Positions 58,668-64,000 of a stretch of 64,000 nt of DNA are shown here, in pieces. The DNA is taken from the NCBI GenBank assembly GCA_041690595.1, contig JAWLHB010000004.1, positions 62,001 to 126,000 on the forward strand, read 5' to 3'. The position numbers and the translations under genes were made by a program. The stretch comes from Lentisphaeria bacterium. GTDB lineage: Bacteria; Verrucomicrobiota; Lentisphaeria; JABSQK01; JAWLHB01. The notes below the pieces were generated by a model, which was given only the letters and a program-made list of their open reading frames with translations, made no database searches and was not told where the DNA came from. Within the stretch, counting starts at the first letter, position 1, and each line of letters begins with the position of its first letter.

Positions 58668-60647
58668 ATGAATCTGGATATCGCCCGCGAGCTGCTTGCC
58701 TTCATCGATCCCGCATCTGCGCTTCGGCCTGCCGGTGAGAGTGATCCATGCGAGGCTGCCTCGCGCTTCATCGGGGCGTTGCGCCATCGACAGTCTCCGG
58801 TCACGGGCTTTACGCCGGCCATCGTGCAGCGGGTGCGCGAGCAGGCCGACGCGGCGCAACTGCAGGCGGCGAAGGCGGCCGTGGAAGCGGTGTTCGAGGA
58901 GCCGCTGGTGGCAACCGCCCACACCAATGCCATTGCGCAGCGAGGATCGCTGAAGCTGATGCTGGCGCTGGATGCCGAGTTGAGCGAACGGATCGGCCGG
59001 CATGTGCTGGAGAGCCGGGAGCTGTGGGAGGTGGGTCCCTGGGGGGCGACGCGGAGCATCGGTGACGTGTTGCGGGTGATGATGGCCGTGCCGGAGGTAG
59101 AGAATGGGGATCTGGCGCCGCTCTTCTGCTGGCTGAACCACCAGTTATGGAAGGAGTGGGAGTGGGCACGCACCTGGGGCGAGACGATGCTGGGTTCGTC
59201 GGGTCACAACTGGTGGCTGCACACCTTCATCGGCTTCTGGCAGGCGGGGCTCCTCTTCCCGGAGTTCAAGGGCTTTGGCCGCTTCGCGAGCCTGGCGCCG
59301 ACTTACTTCGAACACGAGATGCGGCTGCTGATGGAGCGGGACGGCTTCACGAAGGAACGGTCGGGTTATCACTGGGGGACGGTGCGTCACTGGCTGCATG
59401 CGTGGGAGCTGGCCCGGGCCAATGGGATTGACTTCTCGCCGGAGTTCACTGGGCTGCTTCGCCAGTGTGGTGAGACGATCTGGCAGAGCATGACGCCGAA
59501 CGCTTTCATCCCCTGCTTCGGGGATTGCGCCGCCCGGCACAGCGCCGGGAGCACGACGGAGCTGCGCCAGACAGCGGCGCTGCTGGGCATCCCCCAGGCG
59601 AAGGCGGTCGCTGAAGCACTGGAGCCGACATGGCAGCCGCCGATGGGGATGCTGCTCTTCGAAGGGCGCGACCTGCTCCCGGCGTACCGACGACTGGAGA
59701 GCATTCTGCCGCCTCTGGATGCGGCGCTGCACCAGTCGGGCTTCTTCTTCATGCGCAGCGACTGGTCGCCCAAAGCGGACTATCTGGCGGTGCAGGCGGG
59801 GACGATCGGAAGCGTTGTTTCCAGCCATGCGCATACGGACATGTTCACCTTCGAGCTGTACAGCGGCGGTCGACCGGTGGTCATCGACAACTGCAGCGGC
59901 CCGTACGGGAAGGAGGCGGCGCGTCACTGGCGGGTGGCCAGCGCCTCGCACAATGTGGCTACCGTCGATGCTGCCGATCATCTGGCGATACAGGACGAGT
60001 GGCGGTGGAAGGGGATGCTCACCCCACACGTCAACGCGTGGATCTCGGCGGATCGGTACGCCTATCTGAGCACTGTGCACGAGGGTTACCGGTCGCTGCC
60101 GGAGCCGGTCACCGCGGTGCGTCGGAAGATCTTCTATCTGCGCGGCGAGTATGCGATCGTCATCGACCGCTTCACGCCGGAGAGCGGGGCGGAGCATCTG
60201 TATACGCTGCACTTCCACATCAACGGCGATTGCGATCTCGGCGACAATGGCCGGCTGATTACGAAGGATACGGGCGGAAATGTGACGATTGTGCCGGTGC
60301 CGGGGCTGGACGGCGCGGCCGCCATCGAAGCATGCCCCCATCCGCTCGAAGGGTATGACAATCCACGCCACCTGACCTACTCGCGCCGGGCGGCCGGCAA
60401 GCAGCTTTTTGTGACCATTCTGGTACCCTTCGAAGGGGCAGCGGCGCCGGCGGTCACCGTGGCGTCGGCGGCCATCGCCTGCGACGGGCGGGAACTGGCG
60501 CTTCATGAGGCGACGGGGCTGCGCATCGAGATCGACGGTCGCACGGACTGGTATCTGGATCAGCACATGCAGTGGAACCTGCCATGGTCGATGGGCCCGC
60601 ATTCGGGCGACGGCCGCCTCTTTCATTCACAAACCCAGCTGAGGTGA
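58668..60647 (+). CDS. Heparinase II/III-family polysaccharide lyase
   Basis: HNW, DGF..ERSGYH, FMRSDW, HAHTD...FEL, SHN; start MNLDIAR after GGAG. Confidence 0.85.
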   Translation: MNLDIARELLAFIDPASALRPAGESDPCEAASRFIGALRHRQSPVTGFTPAIVQRVREQADAAQLQAAKAAVEAVFEEPLVATAHTNAIAQRGSLKLMLALDAELSERIGRHVLESRELWEVGPWGATRSIGDVLRVMMAVPEVENGDLAPLFCWLNHQLWKEWEWARTWGETMLGSSGHNWWLHTFIGFWQAGLLFPEFKGFGRFASLAPTYFEHEMRLLMERDGFTKERSGYHWGTVRHWLHAWELARANGIDFSPEFTGLLRQCGETIWQSMTPNAFIPCFGDCAARHSAGSTTELRQTAALLGIPQAKAVAEALEPTWQPPMGMLLFEGRDLLPAYRRLESILPPLDAALHQSGFFFMRSDWSPKADYLAVQAGTIGSVVSSHAHTDMFTFELYSGGRPVVIDNCSGPYGKEAARHWRVASASHNVATVDAADHLAIQDEWRWKGMLTPHVNAWISADRYAYLSTVHEGYRSLPEPVTAVRRKIFYLRGEYAIVIDRFTPESGAEHLYTLHFHINGDCDLGDNGRLITKDTGGNVTIVPVPGLDGAAAIEACPHPLEGYDNPRHLTYSRRAAGKQLFVTILVPFEGAAAPAVTVASAAIACDGRELALHEATGLRIEIDGRTDWYLDQHMQWNLPWSMGPHSGDGRLFHSQTQLR

Positions 60648-60660
60648 GGAACAACGCAGC

Positions 60661-61296
60661 ATGAGCACCTTGCAGGCTTACATCTTCGATCTCGACGGCA
60701 CGCTTGCCGATACGCTTCCCCTCTGGCGCGCCGCGGAAGACGCGCTCTTCGCGGCCTGCGGCACTTCCTGGGAGGAGGCCGTGCAGCGGCAGTGCCTGGG
60801 GATGAACGCCAACGATCTGGCCACGCGCGTGCATGAGCTGCTGAAGCCTCCGGTGGAAGTCGAACGCTGCCGCACCATCATGCGGCAGACGCTGATCGAC
60901 AGCTATCGGGCCGCGAGCGACATCGCGGAGATACCCGGTGCGGTAGCGATGGTGCGGCGGCTGCACGGGACGCTGCCCCTGGCGGTGGCCTCGGGGAGTC
61001 CGCGGGAAGGTATCGAGGCCGCCATCGCCTTTCTCGCCATCAGCGATTGCTTCGATCTGGTCATCAGCAGCGAGACGGTTTCCCGCGGCAAGCCGTATCC
61101 CGATGTCTTTCTGGCGGCAGCGAGTCAGCTCGGGGTGGAGCCGGAATGCTGCTGCGTACTGGAAGACAGCCTGGTCGGGACGCGGGCGGCGATAGCGGCG
61201 GGCATGCGGTGCATCACCCGTCCACGGATCGATCACGAGGAGATCGCCGCGCTCGGGGCGCGGGTCGTGCACAGCTGGGATGAGGTCATGCCCTGA
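60661..61296 (+). CDS. HAD-superfamily phosphatase
   Basis: FDLDGTL, GKPYPDVFL, EDS..G..AA..AGM. Confidence 0.92.
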   Translation: MSTLQAYIFDLDGTLADTLPLWRAAEDALFAACGTSWEEAVQRQCLGMNANDLATRVHELLKPPVEVERCRTIMRQTLIDSYRAASDIAEIPGAVAMVRRLHGTLPLAVASGSPREGIEAAIAFLAISDCFDLVISSETVSRGKPYPDVFLAAASQLGVEPECCCVLEDSLVGTRAAIAAGMRCITRPRIDHEEIAALGARVVHSWDEVMP

Positions 61297-61298
61297 GG

Positions 61299-62633
61299 CT
61301 ACACAGTTACCTCGCCGGCGAGGGCCGCGATAAGCTCGCGGTGTGGCTCGATGGTCTTGGCGATGGTGCCAGCGTCGACCTCGCCGTCCTGAAACTGATT
61401 GCGCAGGGTTGAGAAGCTTCCGAAGGCTTCGCGATAGGCGGGGGCCCCCAGCTTGGCGACTTGGTCGGGAGTTCCGTCGATGAAGATATCGTACCAGAGG
61501 TCGATGGCGTTGCCGAGCAGTTCAACAACCTTTGCTTCTTCCTGAGGATCGGGATCCCCGGGGAAATGTCGCGGCAGGCGCTGCTCTACGGGCTGCAGAT
61601 CGATGGCTGCTGGAGTTTCCTGGTACCAGAAGGCGGTACTGGCAATGTCGTTGGCCTGGCAGTTATCGTGGCCGGTCTCGAAGGTGAAGCGCAGTCGCTC
61701 GCGGAAGTAGACCGGGTCGTTGACGTGATAGCGGTAGCAGGTGCCGCGCTGTCGCAGTTCCTTGTCGAGGCTGACATGCAGGGAGGTGCCGGCATAGAGA
61801 TTGGGGCTGCCTGTCATGCCCCAGGCGTCGAGGAAGTAGTCTTCGGTGCCAGTACCATGCAGGGAGGGAGGCCAGGTATCGTCATCGATAAAGATCATTT
61901 CGTCGCCTTCACCGAATGCGCTGATGTTGTGCCCCAGCATGCGGCCGACGATATTGTCGACGCTGTAGTTCATGCCGATGAAACGTCCTTGACCGTGGAT
62001 GTCCGCGACGAGATAGTTGTCCTCTCCCGTCGTGTTGAGACCGCAGCGGCCGAGGCTGATCTGATGGTTGAAACGTGAAGGATCGGTGGCGATGGTGGGG
62101 TTCTCGCGGCGCCACAAGGCGTGAAAATAGCCGGCGCCGTCGGTGGCGGCGGGTTGTGTCTGGAGCCAGTCGACCATGTAGTAGCAGGCCTGGCATGGAA
62201 TGCTGCTCTCGTTGTGCACTTCGATGCGCGCATTCCTGGTGAAGGGCATGGTGAACCAGGCATTGACGCCGGTATTCCCGCCCCGCTTGCCGGTGCCGCG
62301 GACCATGTGAGTGAGAGAGGATTGGTACGCGTTGGAGACGGCGTGGCCGACGCCGAAGAAGTCGCCAAGGGGAACATTGATGCTGGGGGCTTCCGCGTCG
62401 TCCCACCAGGCTTTGATGACCAGGCGTCGCAGGTAGTTGTAGTCGAAGTGTCCGAGGGCGAACCACAGGTGGGTGACGATGCCGGGCCCCTCGGCCTGGA
62501 AGATGGTGATGTGGCCATTGGCGGGGATGCGCCGAAAGTCGACGTTGCCCCCGGCACGATCGTAGCTGGAGGAGCGACAGGTACGACGGATGAGGGCCGG
62601 CGATATGAGGTGGAGCGGTTCCCGATTGTACAT
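61299..62633 (-). CDS. DUF2961 / GH172-family glycoside hydrolase
   Basis: SSYDRAGGN.D, GPGIVTHLW, PLGDFFG, GEGDEMIFID, GTGTEDYF. Confidence 0.88.
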   Translation of the reverse strand: MYNREPLHLISPALIRRTCRSSSYDRAGGNVDFRRIPANGHITIFQAEGPGIVTHLWFALGHFDYNYLRRLVIKAWWDDAEAPSINVPLGDFFGVGHAVSNAYQSSLTHMVRGTGKRGGNTGVNAWFTMPFTRNARIEVHNESSIPCQACYYMVDWLQTQPAATDGAGYFHALWRRENPTIATDPSRFNHQISLGRCGLNTTGEDNYLVADIHGQGRFIGMNYSVDNIVGRMLGHNISAFGEGDEMIFIDDDTWPPSLHGTGTEDYFLDAWGMTGSPNLYAGTSLHVSLDKELRQRGTCYRYHVNDPVYFRERLRFTFETGHDNCQANDIASTAFWYQETPAAIDLQPVEQRLPRHFPGDPDPQEEAKVVELLGNAIDLWYDIFIDGTPDQVAKLGAPAYREAFGSFSTLRNQFQDGEVDAGTIAKTIEPHRELIAALAGEVTV

Positions 62634-62673
62634 GGAGCAGGCTTTGGTAGCAGGTTGTTGACGGGCGGCTGAT

Positions 62674-64000
62674 CTACAGGTCCCGGGACGTGGTGATGGA
62701 TGGAAGGTGAATGGCTGCCGCGGCGGCGGCGAGTTGCCGCAGTGGCTCAGTGGGGTTGCTGGTGCAGGACCAGCCTTCCGCCTCCTTGATGTGGGCAAAG
62801 AGTTCGGCGCTGCCGAGGGCCTGCTGCTGGATCTCCGCCACGCAGGCCTGGAGGGCGTTCTGGAAGTCGGTTCCCCACGCTCCCTTGTGCATGTCGCGCG
62901 ACTTTTCTCGGCAATTGACGTAGAAAGCCTGGGTGACGGCCCGGCTGCAGCGAATGACGCGCAGCAGGTACTGACACCTCACGATGAAGAGGGGGTCGCA
63001 AGTGGGCTCCGCCATGGAAAGAGCCTGGTCGACGTCTGCCGCGGCCTTGGCCAGGGTGGGGAGTTCATTGGTTTCCAGAGCATCGGTGATCTGCATGACC
63101 AGCTCATCGACCTCGGCATTGGTGGCGATGCGGTCGATCATGCAGGCAAGCCGCGAGAAGGTGCCGAACGGCTGCCCCACGCTGAGTCGGTCGCAGGAAG
63201 CCTGAGCGGCGCTGGCACGGTCGTAGAGGTGGTAAGCCTTGGCTTGACTACGCGGGTCAGGCGCGCCAGCTTCGGAAGCGAGGACGCGGAGCGAATCGGG
63301 GAGGGTTCGCCCCTTCCTGTTCCAGCTTGTCTCGGCGGCGATGAAGAGGGCGGCACGATCACCTGGAAATGCATAGGACATGCCTCCCACGCCTTTGAGC
63401 CCGGCATCGATGGCGTGGCCGATGTTGCGCTGGATGGTCTCGAGGTGCGCAGGCCGTCCTGGAACGCCCCGCAGAGAGTTGCAGAAGGAAATCCAGCGGC
63501 CTTCGGCGGCGCCAGCAGCGATATCGCGATGGATGGGGTTGCGGAGACGGATGTTGTAGGTGCCGTAGCGCTCGCCGGAGTAGTAGATCCACTGCACATC
63601 CTGAGGCAAGGCGCGCATGAGCGCGAGGTTTTCAGGAAAGGATCCCTGACTCATGAGGATGCGGCAGCGCAGGCCGGGATGGTCGTGGCGAAGCTGTTCG
63701 GCAATGCTGTGAAAGACGGTTGCCTCGCGCATGAATTCACTGCAAGGTCGATCGGCGGCTGAAGGGAGGGCGCGATGACTGTTCTCGGCGAGCCAGAAAC
63801 ATAGGGTGCGAGGGTTGAGTATGGCCATGACTTCGGACGCGATGTCGGCGAGGATCTCACGGGTTCCGGGCTGGAAGAAATCGATGCCGGTACTGATCTG
63901 GTGTCCATGGTGAGGGATGGCCTCCCTGGCACGCAGTTCGGGGTACTTTTTGCCGATGAAGCCGAAGAGTTCCGGATGGGTAAAGATGGGGACCATGCGC
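62674..64000 (-). CDS. Hypothetical (glycoside hydrolase-like) protein, 5'-truncated by the window edge
   Basis: Open frame of at least 440 aa running to the edge; among CAZymes; AAETSWN motif. Confidence 0.6.
   Translation of the reverse strand, partial: RMVPIFTHPELFGFIGKKYPELRAREAIPHHGHQISTGIDFFQPGTREILADIASEVMAILNPRTLCFWLAENSHRALPSAADRPCSEFMREATVFHSIAEQLRHDHPGLRCRILMSQGSFPENLALMRALPQDVQWIYYSGERYGTYNIRLRNPIHRDIAAGAAEGRWISFCNSLRGVPGRPAHLETIQRNIGHAIDAGLKGVGGMSYAFPGDRAALFIAAETSWNRKGRTLPDSLRVLASEAGAPDPRSQAKAYHLYDRASAAQASCDRLSVGQPFGTFSRLACMIDRIATNAEVDELVMQITDALETNELPTLAKAAADVDQALSMAEPTCDPLFIVRCQYLLRVIRCSRAVTQAFYVNCREKSRDMHKGAWGTDFQNALQACVAEIQQQALGSAELFAHIKEAEGWSCTSNPTEPLRQLAAAAAAIHLPSITTSRDL

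Noticed and set aside
57666..59141. Apparent 1.5-kb overlap of the fucosidase and heparinase ORFs
   Set aside because: Likely starts are 58547 (-) and 58668 (+), giving ordinary divergent genes

Overview
GC-rich bacterial chromosomal window, probably PVC superphylum and possibly Lentisphaerota (inference from gene content). In order it holds: (1) 1-13.9 kb, a flagellar cluster (Maf-like tail, fliS, fliT-like, flgM-like with a sigma28 promoter, sigma54-preceded flgFGAHIJNK-[sORF]-[CBS nucleotidyltransferase]-flgL); (2) 13.9-17.8 kb, a translationally coupled Ser/Thr kinase-PilT-PilT operon; (3) 17.9-21.8 kb, an accessory segment ending in a truncated prepilin-type gene; (4) 22-30 kb, pstSCAB-[62-aa repeat lipoprotein with assembly gap]-phoU; (5) perR-katG, a tandem FAD oxidoreductase, DUF47-Pit and ligD-ku; (6) 43.9-51.6 kb, the most unusual part: a compact, apparently intact 12-gene phage-derived virion cassette (scaffold, major capsid, adaptor, neck/tail-completion, terminator-like, small tail-like genes, class-3 lipase, holin-like, 96-aa mini tape-measure-like gene, portal placed last) with its own promoter and a post-capsid hairpin, but no terminase, integrase, replication gene or peptidoglycan hydrolase, a candidate domesticated particle system; (7) 51.7-64 kb, a hybrid histidine kinase, sugar isomerase, ABC-F and carbohydrate-active enzymes. 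All protein-family calls come from motifs recognised by eye; no searches were run.
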